Shown here one piece after another: positions 30,301 through 39,138 of a stretch of 64,000 nucleotides of DNA; position 1 is the first letter of the stretch; every line of letters begins with the position of its first letter. Source of the stretch: Candidatus Woesearchaeota archaeon UBA525 (lineage in GTDB: Archaea > Nanobdellota > Nanobdellia > Woesearchaeales > UBA525); assembly GCA_002498125.1 (NCBI GenBank), contig DAGG01000030.1, positions 3 to 64,002 of the forward strand. Reading direction: 5' to 3'. The translations under genes and the position numbers were made by a program. The notes beneath the pieces are model-generated. The model was not told where the DNA came from and ran no database searches. It worked only from the letters and a program-made list of their open reading frames with translations.

Positions 30301-31647
30301 ATCAGGAACGTTCACGAAAGCGGGGCTGCCGGTGGATGTCGTGGTGAAGTTAATCTGCTTGATGGTACTGACACAAGGGTCCTGGTCCTGGAGACCGCAG
30401 TTACGTATGCAGACGCCCCCGACATTATCATAATGAGGGGGGCAGCTTGAACTGGACGTGCAGATAGGAACAGACATGGGGCTTACACAGCTGAACCCTT
30501 CATAATAAGGAGGCGTGGTCCGCGTCACGTCAGAAGCGCTGCCAGTATCCACCTGACAGAGCTTGCCCTGCGCAGTCTCACTGCCGATTGTGCGGAATCC
30601 AGGTAGGCAATTGAGATTGTTCGTGCCGGTCTTTATGCCTTGGCACTCATTGAGTCTAGGATCTGTATCACCCCATGCGCAACGATGACCACCCGAAATC
30701 TCCGGCCACATATCCGCTCCACCGCAAGTATAACGACAGTTTCCACTTGAGCAGGTGTTGGCGCTCTCACACGCTGTTCCGCAGATATTGCCGCAGGAAC
30801 CGCAGTTGAAGACGTCACTGCTCAAGTCCTTGAAATCAGTGCCGCAGCAGGTCTTGCCGTAGTCTGTGGAGCCGAACGGCGCGGTGCTGCCGCTACTCAC
30901 ACACAACCAGTTCCCATCCTTGACTGTGTTGCAGCCGGTGCAGGGACAAGCGGGCTGTCCTAGACTCTGCTTGCCACAAGTAGTCCAGCGAGAGTCGGAT
31001 CCACAGACATAGGTTTGTGTGCCTACTGTTTCAGTCTCGCCAGTTACGTCGCATTGACGGAAGATGCCGTCGTCACAGAGGAAGCTGTTAGACCAGCTGC
31101 TTCCGGGTGCGGTACATCCATCCCTCGATACGCAATAACTTGAACTCGGGCAGCAACCGGCGTAGTAGTTGCCTGAGCCGCCGAAATTCAAGGGTTGACT
31201 ACTCTCTAGCTTTGTCCATACCTGAGTGCTGCCGCCGGAACAGCCAGAGCAGGTCATGGAAGGAGTCAGGTCGGGACCGTAGTAGGAGCACTGGCAGAGG
31301 CTGCTCTGGCACACCGACGATTGAGCAGGGTCGGCATCGCAATCGTACCCACAGGAACCGCAGTTATCGGGATTATTGCGCGTGTCTGTTAAGACATTGT
31401 TACACTCGCACTGTGATCTCGTCTTGTCGCCCACGCCCTCTACGCAGCATGTGTACGTATCACAAGTACCGCCGGCGCAGTTGCTGGTACAAGTCGCCGC
31501 AGAGATATAGACACCAGTACCTACGCCTATGTCAGGGCAGAGATTGGCAGGATCGGTGCATTCTCCTGGTGCGGCAGTCACTGATCCCGGAAGCGCGAGA
31601 GCTAACGCCAGTAGAAGAAAACATAGCGCTAAACGTACCCCACCCAT
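27328..31647 (-). CDS. Giant secreted Cys-rich protein B (1439 aa), paralog of A
   Basis: Signal peptide; C-terminal ~450 aa highly similar to protein A. Confidence 0.85.
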   Translation of the reverse strand: MGGVRLALCFLLLALALALPGSVTAAPGECTDPANLCPDIGVGTGVYISAATCTSNCAGGTCDTYTCCVEGVGDKTRSQCECNNVLTDTRNNPDNCGSCGYDCDADPAQSSVCQSSLCQCSYYGPDLTPSMTCSGCSGGSTQVWTKLESSQPLNFGGSGNYYAGCCPSSSYCVSRDGCTAPGSSWSNSFLCDDGIFRQCDVTGETETVGTQTYVCGSDSRWTTCGKQSLGQPACPCTGCNTVKDGNWLCVSSGSTAPFGSTDYGKTCCGTDFKDLSSDVFNCGSCGNICGTACESANTCSSGNCRYTCGGADMWPEISGGHRCAWGDTDPRLNECQGIKTGTNNLNCLPGFRTIGSETAQGKLCQVDTGSASDVTRTTPPYYEGFSCVSPMSVPICTSSSSCPPHYDNVGGVCIRNCGLQDQDPCVSTIKQINFTTTSTGSPAFVNVPDISCTYYPSMHQPYDDTLNVSKYSGQETGGGPSYGCMNWNMHPSVKQEIYADDVCCGSPDNTSRFPEISGSRRNYLNATGGTSYGMICDSIRVLCKPKTCLCDSAATKACGVEYFSSSPFSHCTDVSCGTGLQCSAGYTCLGGSCVTDPSCPDLKTQSEACGTKECGTVSDGCDGTYTCGDCSTKPSICHNSTAVKDYTSTCTASSTCAYNIISCTGYQVCSDPDGSAGPTSASCACPTGTTWSATYSRCLEDPAKTGTNGLNACTGGLDDQGDGEYDYAGSGTVKGDAGCPVAVTAISVSPSPPRAGDAFTVTCTASPAGVRSIGVSVTGPSTVSCEPRASWVGNTITFDCTAPTYTQLYTATCFVDTAKSYKAGTDQSTTFTPSCPTNTTAGVDRLGVSRCVEHPSYCANTINDDNLFDGTEDEKDYDGNSGTTHGDFQCKVGIASMSTPAPTVGAGFPLSCTTNVGNLRSIGAEYYLNSAPGTKYTCADTTWSGNTMSFNCPAPAFPQDYTARCYVNYARSYNLTGQGEQTRGFTPSCAPPNSSCSGVCKEPQTGLPCDDLFCMVNEVWQDECGTTCGGGNAYTCPPIVDSCWDATGLNRTSVGTCNEVADRCDYTSSRVACPMNKVCEQPGLSAATCECPSGTTINLATGYCDETSCMDNLDNDGNGQADYDGGTTAMRGDVNCKVGISEARATDGCAGPAGVVQGNCTYAAGSFPGPLKSANATLAKGSVKNSCTIAGWSGLTALFRCPTAGMSKGDATFTCIVNQTNSYNSTPDLSASAVYLGGPRDRCSIGYCEDPLTGICLNNVTWEGQLLDENTRTIIPVGSVRVDKGAYQTVTSAFSINVITGYHNLTGNATGYDVKYDSQVPFFSNKTYYNITLRIAECKSDCSIGGFCDYNQCAGVNGCTLPSDGNILPVCQFARNGSMQTINDTHSAVCCTGPVRSVSELKAPATMVGCSDNIASLGTIMGQDGKVMTVQVVVTAPCK

Positions 31648-31758
31648 ATCTATGCGCCAGAGAAGTTTATTTAAATAGTTTCTGAACAGAAGTCACATGC
31701 AGAATTTGTAGCTCCTCACTGAAACCTTTATAAGTCCCCGACGGTTCCAGAATACCAC

Positions 31759-31830
31759 GCCTCCGTAGCATAGCAGTGGTGCGTCTGACTTGTAATCAGA
31801 AGGTCGGGAGTGCAACTCTCCCCGGGGGCT
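31759..31830 (+). tRNA. tRNA-Thr(UGU)
   Basis: GCCTCCG/CGGGGGC acceptor, TCTGA-CTTGTAA-TCAGA arm, atypical T loop TGCAACT; TATA at ~31727. Confidence 0.9.
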
Positions 31831-31831
31831 C

Positions 31832-32569
31832 TTGGAGACCATCATCATCGCGCTTGCAGTGCTCGCGACAGCAGCCGGCGGCATGCTGGCCTTGCGGTTC
31901 ACGAAGTACATGCACCACTTCAACGCCTTCGCCGCAGGCATACTGCTCGGGGCGGCCTTCTTCGAAATAATCCCTGAGGCAGTGGAACTCGGCGACGCGC
32001 ACACAGTCTCCGGAGCGGTCATCGTGGGTTTCCTGGCATTCTACGCGATGCAGCGCTTCACCATCATCCATAGCTGCCATGGCGAGCATGATCGCCACGC
32101 CCACGACCATGAGTGCAGCGGCACAGGCCACACCCATAATATCGGTATCATCGGAGCGGCAGGACTCGCGGCGCACCGATTCCTGGACGGCGCAGCGATA
32201 GGGTTCGGTTTCGCAGTCAACCCGCTCCTCGGCCTCGCCATTGGCATAGCGGTCATCGCCCACGGCTTTGGCGACGGCGTCAGCACCGTAGCCATCATGC
32301 TGCGGCACAAGAACAGCAAGAACAGGACCATGACCCTACTCGCCGTCAGCGCAGTCGCTCCACTCGTCGGCGCCCTCCTGACACTGAACATGTCCATCTC
32401 GCAGTCGCTCCTAGGCATGCTTCTCGGGTTCTTCGCAGGTGTGTTCATCTACCTGAGCACGTCAGATCTCCTGCCAGAAGCGCACCACAGCACGCACAGG
32501 TATAGCGTCTTCTTCACGACAATAGCTGGCGCGGCATTGATATTCATCGTGAGCAAGCTCATCCATTAA
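31832..32569 (+). CDS. ZIP (ZupT/GufA) metal transporter
   Basis: FAAGILLG, His-rich loop, HRFLDG, HGFGDG, DLLPE; TTG start. Confidence 0.92.
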   Translation: METIIIALAVLATAAGGMLALRFTKYMHHFNAFAAGILLGAAFFEIIPEAVELGDAHTVSGAVIVGFLAFYAMQRFTIIHSCHGEHDRHAHDHECSGTGHTHNIGIIGAAGLAAHRFLDGAAIGFGFAVNPLLGLAIGIAVIAHGFGDGVSTVAIMLRHKNSKNRTMTLLAVSAVAPLVGALLTLNMSISQSLLGMLLGFFAGVFIYLSTSDLLPEAHHSTHRYSVFFTTIAGAALIFIVSKLIH

Positions 32570-32600
32570 GTTTTTCTAGGGGAAGATGCGGGGAGATGGC

Positions 32601-32903
32601 ATGAACTTGCAGCAGAAGCATCCTCATCACGTCCATCTGGGACTGGTCATCGTGCTGCTCGCCCTCGAGTTCACAGTGTTCAAGGGTCACGGCATCCTCT
32701 ACATGCTTGGCACACTCGGATTCGGGTTCGCTGAGAGCTATGCCGCGGCGCTCGGTGGCGACTTCGCCGCCATGGAGAACCTGTTGCCCGCGGTGATTGC
32801 GTTCATCGCAGCACTTGTCATCTACTACATCCTCGCAGGAATCCTTATCATGATCTTCAGGATGTTCTGGCGGGAGGACAACTCCTACAGAAGCTTGCGC
32901 TGA
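32601..32903 (+). CDS. Small membrane protein
   Basis: Hydrophobic helices; alternative start at 32586. Confidence 0.65.
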   Translation: MNLQQKHPHHVHLGLVIVLLALEFTVFKGHGILYMLGTLGFGFAESYAAALGGDFAAMENLLPAVIAFIAALVIYYILAGILIMIFRMFWREDNSYRSLR

Positions 32904-33395
32904 TTACTGCTTGTCGTACGACAGCATCATCAAGGACCTCGAGCGTGACGCTTGCGTCGGCCAGCATCTGCCGACTGTCGTGGTCAGCGTGGTACCTGCC
33001 TTCGGCCACAACACGCTTTATACCTGCGTTGATGAGGAGTTTCGCGCAGTCAATGCACAGCGTCATACGGCAGTATATGGTCCCGCTGTCGATAGGGACG
33101 CCGTACTTCGCCGCCTGGGCTATGGCGTTCGCCTCTGCGTGCGGATGCAGTGCTGCTTCTGCCCGCCGCGCTCATCATAGACCGTCTTGAAGAGGTGTCC
33201 GACTTCAACGCGGGTGCGAAGCTCCGCGGGCGCGCCGACATAGCCTGTGGAGATGACGCGCTTGTCCTTGACTACGATCGCGCCAGACCTTCCACGTCCG
33301 CAGTTGCTGCGCTTGCCCGTTGCGCGCATGATTTCAATAAAATACTCGTCCCAGGAGGGACGTTGGGAGATAGGAGTGTTCTGATCAGCCATCAT
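32904..33395 (-). pseudogene. Frameshifted dCMP deaminase (ComEB family)
   Basis: RPSWDEYF..RSNC..STGYVGAP in one frame; HAEANAIAQAA..CIDCAKLLINAGI in another. Confidence 0.85.
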
Positions 33396-33479
33396 CCCTG
33401 ATCACAGACCATGATAAAGAAGATTTCGCAGAGCGGTCGGCAGCGACACCCACCCAAAACAACTATTTGTTGTTATTTT

Positions 33480-33510
33480 TTAGTAGTTACAAAAAGAAAT
33501 GTTTAAAAAA
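33480..33510 (+). promoter_or_regulatory. TTAGTAGTTACAAAA motif plus TATA of the histidine kinase gene
   Basis: Identical 15-mer with the same spacing to TATA at 48625-48639 on the minus strand. Confidence 0.65.
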
Positions 33511-33530
33511 GATACTGCGCTCACCACGAC

Positions 33531-34754
33531 ATGAATCCTAGGACTCCAGACGATGATATGAGCTTGGAGAATATCGTCAGGCACACGCAGAAGCTGCTGC
33601 AGCGCAAAGATCTCCCTCCCGATGTAAGAGATGATATCTCGCTCATCCAGTTCACCGCCCAGCACAAACTCCCGACGGAAGAGCAGATATGGGGGTGGAT
33701 AGACCAGTACGACGAACCGTTGCTCGTCTACGACGCAACACTCAAGTTCATCCACGTCAACCCTGCAGCAGAGGCGCAATACGGCTACACACGGGAGGAT
33801 TTCACCCAGAAAAGCGTCTTCGACATCAGGCCCGTTGAGGACCATGAACGCATCAAAGAGCATCTCTCCCAGGAACGGCCCGAAATCTCAGGACCATCGC
33901 AATGGAGACACCTGAAGAAGAACGGCGAGGTCTTCGACGTCGAAATCGTCTCCCGCGCCTACCCCCACGCCGGACCAGGAGCACGGCTCGTGCTCGCACG
34001 CGACATCAGCAGACGCATAGAACACGATGAGCGCATGCGCGATATCGAAATCATGTCCAACATCGGTTTCTCGACAGCATACATCCTCCACGACGTGAGG
34101 AACGCCCTCCAGATAGCCGATACGTTCAACACCCTGCTCATAAAAAAGCTTGAAAAAGGAGATACCAACGTCATCCCTGAAGCGACGAAGGTCAAGGAGG
34201 CATACGGCATCATCAATGGCATCGTCTCGCAGCTCACAGAGATACAACACCGCGATGAGACTGCAGAGGATATCGACGTCAACAGCGCGCTATACAACTA
34301 CAAGATACTGGTGGATAGTCTCTTCAAACGCACCTACGAACTCGTCATGGACTGCACAGCGACCCACAAGGTGCTCTTCGAACCGGTGGAATTCGGCAGG
34401 ATAACCGCGAACCTTGCGCGTAACGCCAAGGAGGCCATGCATGAAGGGGGAGTGTTCACAATCAGAACACGTGACCTGAACACACTCACCTCGATCCCCC
34501 TGACGACGGGCGGCGAGGTGCCACCAGGGCAGTACGTACGCATCAGCTACACAGACACAGGCGTCGGCATTACACCAGAGCACGCCTGTCGCATCTTCGA
34601 GCCCCATTTCACGACGAAGAGAGAAGGCACGGGCCTCGGCCTCTCCATGGTCAAGCAATCCATCACTAAACACAACGGTTTCGTTGACCTAGAAAGCACA
34701 CCTGGCGAAGGCACGCGTTTTGACATCTACTTACCTAGATCTTCAAACCTGTGA
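33531..34754 (+). CDS. Soluble PAS-domain histidine kinase
   Basis: PAS (VNPAAEAQYGY), H box ILHDVRNAL, N box NLARNAKEAM, DTGVG, FEPHFTTK, GTGLGL. Confidence 0.95.
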   Translation: MNPRTPDDDMSLENIVRHTQKLLQRKDLPPDVRDDISLIQFTAQHKLPTEEQIWGWIDQYDEPLLVYDATLKFIHVNPAAEAQYGYTREDFTQKSVFDIRPVEDHERIKEHLSQERPEISGPSQWRHLKKNGEVFDVEIVSRAYPHAGPGARLVLARDISRRIEHDERMRDIEIMSNIGFSTAYILHDVRNALQIADTFNTLLIKKLEKGDTNVIPEATKVKEAYGIINGIVSQLTEIQHRDETAEDIDVNSALYNYKILVDSLFKRTYELVMDCTATHKVLFEPVEFGRITANLARNAKEAMHEGGVFTIRTRDLNTLTSIPLTTGGEVPPGQYVRISYTDTGVGITPEHACRIFEPHFTTKREGTGLGLSMVKQSITKHNGFVDLESTPGEGTRFDIYLPRSSNL

Positions 34755-37700
34755 CCTTCGTGATGCCGTGCTCGTTCATGCTGACACCGTAGAGCGTATC
34801 TGCTTCCGATATGACTGAGTCGTTGTGCGAGATCACGATGTACTGCGCGCGCTTGCAGTAAGCGCGGACGAGCTTGGCGAGCTTCTCGCTGTTGTGCTTG
34901 TCCAGGGCCGCATCCACCTCGTCCATGATGTAGAATGACGCTGGCTCGTACTCCTGAACTGCGAAGAGGAACGCGAGAGCGGTCATGGTCTTCTCACCGC
35001 CTGAGAGCGACCTGATGTCCATGAACTTCTTACCTGTGAGCTTGACCTTGATGGACACGCCGCTGTCGAAGAGGTTCTTCTGATCCTCTATCTCCACATA
35101 CGCGTCCCCCTTGGCTGAGAGCGAGAGGAAGATGCGCTTGAAATTGTGGTTGAGAGTGTCGAAGGTCTTCATGAAGATGTCCTTCTTTTTCGAGTCGACC
35201 TCTGTGATGAGCATGAGCACGTCCTGCTTCTCCTCATCCAGGCGGGTCTTCTTCGAGACGAGCTCGCCATACTCGCGCTCAACGGCCTCGTAAACTTCGA
35301 GCGCCTTCATGTTCACAGCACCGATACCTGAGAGCATTCTCTCGAACTCCTTGATCTCCACCAGACAGTCCTCCTCCCTTTTGCCCTCGAAGGGCTCGAT
35401 CCCAGGGTACTGGCTGTCCTCCTCTTCAAGACCTGCAAGCTCCGCCTTGAGGCGTGCAAGTTCCAGCGCGAAGCCCGTGTTCTTGGCCTCAAGCTCCCGC
35501 GTCTTGCCCGAGTGCTTGTCGACATCACGCTCGAGTCTATTGATGTCGTCGGCGTGCTGCTGGCGCTTGGCGAAGAGCTCCTTGAACTGCTTCATGAACT
35601 TGGCCTCAGCAGCCTCCTTCTCTTTGAGATCGCTCTCGATGCGCACGAGATCCTTAGTGATGTCCGCCTGTTCGGAGCCGAACTGCTGTATCTCACGGTC
35701 CTGCTGCTTGAGGATGTTCTGGATGCGCTCAGTTTCAGGACCGAGGACTGATGCTATCTGCGCTTCGTTCGCGCGGATCTTGAGCTTGAGATCCTCGACA
35801 TGGTCCTTGACCTGGTCGCGCTTCTCCTCAAATGAGGTGAGCTGCGCAAGGACCTCTGGGCTGCGCATCGCAGTTATCTGGTCGCGCAGCTTCTGCTTTG
35901 CTATCTTAAGGTTCGCAAGCTCGCGGTTCGCGGCGCTCACGCGGACGATAACATCGTCAATTTTGGTCTCGAGTGTCTTGGCCTCTTGCGCGAGGCGCTT
36001 CTTCTCCTCCTTGTTCAGCTCCAGGTCCTTGCTGTCAAGGTGGAGCGTCTTCTCGAGCGTGATGATCTCACCCTCGATGTTCGCCTTGTGCTCGCGCAGG
36101 CGCTCGATGGCCTTCTCGTTGTCGCGGCGGCGCTGCTCGAAGCGCGCGACAAGATCCTCCTGGTCGGCAAGCTCCTTCTGGAGCTTCTCGATGCGCTCAG
36201 TGAGCTCCTTCTGCTGGAAGCCCATACCCACGCGGCCCTTTGCGCGGTAGCCGCCGCTCATGGCGCCTGACGTCTCGACCATGTCGCCTGCGAGCGTGAC
36301 CATGCGGACCTTGCCGACGCCGATGCGGCGCGCAGTCTCGAGCGTGTCGACGACGAGTGTGTTCGCGAAGATGTAGCGGAAGACCACGTCGTACTTGCGG
36401 TCGTACTCTATGAGATCTGTTGCGAGGCCGATGACGCCTTTCTCCTTCTTCGCCTTCTCCAGGCTCGGATCGGTATCAACCTTACGGAGCTTGTTGAGCG
36501 GAAGGAAAGTGGCGACGCCTATCTGGTTCTGCCTGATGAATCCGATGCACTCGCTCGCAGTCTTGTCATCCTCAACGACAATCGCGGTGATGCGGCCGCC
36601 CGCGGCTATCTCCAGCGCGAGCTGGTGCTGCTGTTGCACCGAGCCGAGCTCTGCGACAGTGCCGATGATCCCCTTGATCTTGTCCTTTTGCTCCAGGACC
36701 TTCTGAATGGCGATGCCGCCGGCACTCGCCTCGCGCACGCTCGCGTTCTGCGCCTGAAGCTTAGTGAGCTCATCAGTGAGCTTGCCGACGTTGCCGCGCG
36801 CTGTGCTCACGCTACCGGCGAGGTTCGCATCTTCCGCGAGCGCAGTCTGCAGCTCCTTCGTCGCCTGCTTGAACGCGTCCTGACGCGACTTGAGCTTGTC
36901 GAGCTGGCCCTTGTTGCTCTTCTCAGCCTCGAAGACCTTCGCGATCTTCTCGTCCGCCTGCTCAACGCGTACGTCGATGCGGTCCTTCTCGCGCAGAAGT
37001 CCCTGCTGCTCCTCGCGCAGCTTGCCCAGATCCTCCTGAAGCACGTCAGCCTTCTTGTCAATGGCCGCGACCTCGTCGTCGATCTTCGTGGCGTCCTCGA
37101 CATTGTGCTTCTTCTTGAATTCCTGTATGCGTAATTCCACCTGCGCGAGGTTCTGTTGCGCCTGCGCGATGCCCTTGCGGAACTCGTCGTTCTCTCCTTC
37201 GATGTACTTGATCTTGTCGAAGTGCTCCTTGTTCGCCTTGACGAGCTCGTCCTTACGCTGCTTGACCTTGTCGAGCTCGACTTTCAGTGTCTCCACGCGT
37301 TGCTTCTTAACCGCCGAGTCGACTTTCAGCGACTCGACCTGCTTGTGGAGCGCGACTTGGTCCTTGGCGCCCTTGGACTCTATCTCGTGGTTGATCTTGT
37401 CGATCTCCACCTTCTCATCCTCGATACGTTTCTTGAGCGCGGCTATCTCGATATTCGCCTTCGCGATCTCCTCCTGGTTGCGCTTGGCGCGAGTCTCATA
37501 GTCGGCGACATCCTTGCGGCGCTTGGTGATTTTTCCGCTCAACACCGTCTTCTTGTTGCGCTTGAGCTTGTCCTGGAGCTCCTTGAACTGTTGCGCCTGA
37601 TCCCTCTCTGCTTTGAGCTCCTTGAGGTAGGTCTTGCGTTCCGCGAGGATTATCTCGGTCTCGCCCAACTTCTGCTCAACACGTTGCAGCTCACTCAATG

Positions 37701-38253
37701 CTTTCTGCTTCTTGTCCTCGTAGATGCCGATGCCTGCAATCTCCTCTATCGTCTGGCGGCGCTCTATGCCACTCATCTCGATGAGATGGATGATGTCACC
37801 CTGCAGGATGATGTTGTGGCCGTCAGGATTGATGTGCGCCTTCTCAAGTATCTCCACGACCTCCTGTCGTGTCTTCTTGAGATTGTTGATCTTGTAGACG
37901 CTGCTGCCGTCGTCCTTGACAATGCGTGTGAGCTTGAGCTCGGGGAATCCCTTGCCGAATATCTCCTTGCGGTTCTCGAAGAACACTGAGACCTCGCCTT
38001 CCTTTGCCGGCTGCTTCGACTTGCCTCCGTTGTAGATGAGGTTTGCAGTCTTCTCCGCGCGCAGACCCTTGGCGCCCGACTTGCCCAGGACGAACACGAG
38101 AGCGTCGAGTACATTGGACTTGCCGGAGCCGTTCGGGCCGAGGATGCAGTTGAACTGGTGTCCGAACAGAAGCTCCGTCTTGTTAGCGAAGGACTTGAAG
38201 CCCTTCATCTCCAGACGCGTTATCCTTGTCAATGTTCCACCAGACCTGCTCAT
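34735..38253 (-). CDS. smc: Chromosome segregation protein SMC
   Basis: GPNGSGKSN, coiled coils, hinge, LSGGEK, DEVDAALD. Confidence 0.97.
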   Translation of the reverse strand: MSRSGGTLTRITRLEMKGFKSFANKTELLFGHQFNCILGPNGSGKSNVLDALVFVLGKSGAKGLRAEKTANLIYNGGKSKQPAKEGEVSVFFENRKEIFGKGFPELKLTRIVKDDGSSVYKINNLKKTRQEVVEILEKAHINPDGHNIILQGDIIHLIEMSGIERRQTIEEIAGIGIYEDKKQKALSELQRVEQKLGETEIILAERKTYLKELKAERDQAQQFKELQDKLKRNKKTVLSGKITKRRKDVADYETRAKRNQEEIAKANIEIAALKKRIEDEKVEIDKINHEIESKGAKDQVALHKQVESLKVDSAVKKQRVETLKVELDKVKQRKDELVKANKEHFDKIKYIEGENDEFRKGIAQAQQNLAQVELRIQEFKKKHNVEDATKIDDEVAAIDKKADVLQEDLGKLREEQQGLLREKDRIDVRVEQADEKIAKVFEAEKSNKGQLDKLKSRQDAFKQATKELQTALAEDANLAGSVSTARGNVGKLTDELTKLQAQNASVREASAGGIAIQKVLEQKDKIKGIIGTVAELGSVQQQHQLALEIAAGGRITAIVVEDDKTASECIGFIRQNQIGVATFLPLNKLRKVDTDPSLEKAKKEKGVIGLATDLIEYDRKYDVVFRYIFANTLVVDTLETARRIGVGKVRMVTLAGDMVETSGAMSGGYRAKGRVGMGFQQKELTERIEKLQKELADQEDLVARFEQRRRDNEKAIERLREHKANIEGEIITLEKTLHLDSKDLELNKEEKKRLAQEAKTLETKIDDVIVRVSAANRELANLKIAKQKLRDQITAMRSPEVLAQLTSFEEKRDQVKDHVEDLKLKIRANEAQIASVLGPETERIQNILKQQDREIQQFGSEQADITKDLVRIESDLKEKEAAEAKFMKQFKELFAKRQQHADDINRLERDVDKHSGKTRELEAKNTGFALELARLKAELAGLEEEDSQYPGIEPFEGKREEDCLVEIKEFERMLSGIGAVNMKALEVYEAVEREYGELVSKKTRLDEEKQDVLMLITEVDSKKKDIFMKTFDTLNHNFKRIFLSLSAKGDAYVEIEDQKNLFDSGVSIKVKLTGKKFMDIRSLSGGEKTMTALAFLFAVQEYEPASFYIMDEVDAALDKHNSEKLAKLVRAYCKRAQYIVISHNDSVISEADTLYGVSMNEHGITKVTGLKI

Positions 38254-38390
38254 TTCGGCATGGGGCTGATATTTAAAGGTTTCGTGCAAGTCTCGACGAG
38301 GGAAAGGCCTCTGAATACTGGGAAGAGACCCTTCGGAGACAGTCGCGCCAGACGGGAGCATTTATAAAAGAAAACCGGCGGTACACAATC

Positions 38391-38975
38391 ATGCCTGAAG
38401 CAGACACGAGGCCGCTCACCCACGCGAACTGGACGCCGGATATCGTGGCGTTCATCCTGGCGTTCGTTGCAGGAATCCTGCTCGGAGGCGGTCTTGGCGT
38501 CCTCGAATCGTTCAGCGACTCCGTCGGCATCCGCATCTTCTCCCTCATGGTCGCCTTCGGCGTGGCATACGCCTTCGCAGTCGTATGCGCGCACCTCGAG
38601 CTCGAAGGGTACCGCTACTTTCAGCAGGCCTACTTCCTTCTAATCGCCGCCGGCTCGACCTACTTCACGATATCGCTCCTGCAGAAGACATGGAATGACG
38701 TGATGGTCGCGAAGTTCACCGTGCTCAACGATATCGGAGCGATGGCTGGGCAGGGAGAGATGATTTCAGTGTTCGGCACGAGCACGAGCTACGCGACGAT
38801 CATCATGCTCACCATGCTGCTCGGGTTTGTCATCCTGCTGCCGTTCATCATCGAGTCAGGGAAGCGCAGGATGCTGCATTGGCTGCACTTCCTGCCGCTT
38901 GTAATCATCATCGCGATGTTCTCACTGCTCTTCATCGTGATGCCCGCGGTGTTTATGCGGTTCGTAGGAAACTAG
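38391..38975 (+). CDS. Hypothetical membrane protein
   Basis: About five TM helices; TATA at ~38361. Confidence 0.75.
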   Translation: MPEADTRPLTHANWTPDIVAFILAFVAGILLGGGLGVLESFSDSVGIRIFSLMVAFGVAYAFAVVCAHLELEGYRYFQQAYFLLIAAGSTYFTISLLQKTWNDVMVAKFTVLNDIGAMAGQGEMISVFGTSTSYATIIMLTMLLGFVILLPFIIESGKRRMLHWLHFLPLVIIIAMFSLLFIVMPAVFMRFVGN

Positions 38976-38996
38976 AGATACTAGAGACTGTCTATA

Positions 38997-39106
38997 TGCG
39001 CCGGCTGGGAATCGAACCCAGATCAGCAGCTCTCTTCGGACACGAAGAGCCACGAGGACTCCCGCGTACGTGGAAGGCTGCGGTCCTACCACTAAACGAC
39101 CGGCGC
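38997..39106 (-). tRNA. tRNA-Gly(UCC) with a 39-nt intron (39032..39070)
   Basis: GCGCCGG/CCGGCGC acceptor, GCAGC/GCTGC stem, BHB helix CTTC/GAAG, T loop TTCGATT. Confidence 0.93.
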
Positions 39107-39138
39107 GTCGACATGAGAACATCCTGATTGCTTTTAAA

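Noticed and set aside
39032..39070. Guide RNA in the tRNA-Gly intron
   Set aside because: Only short hairpins; no C box
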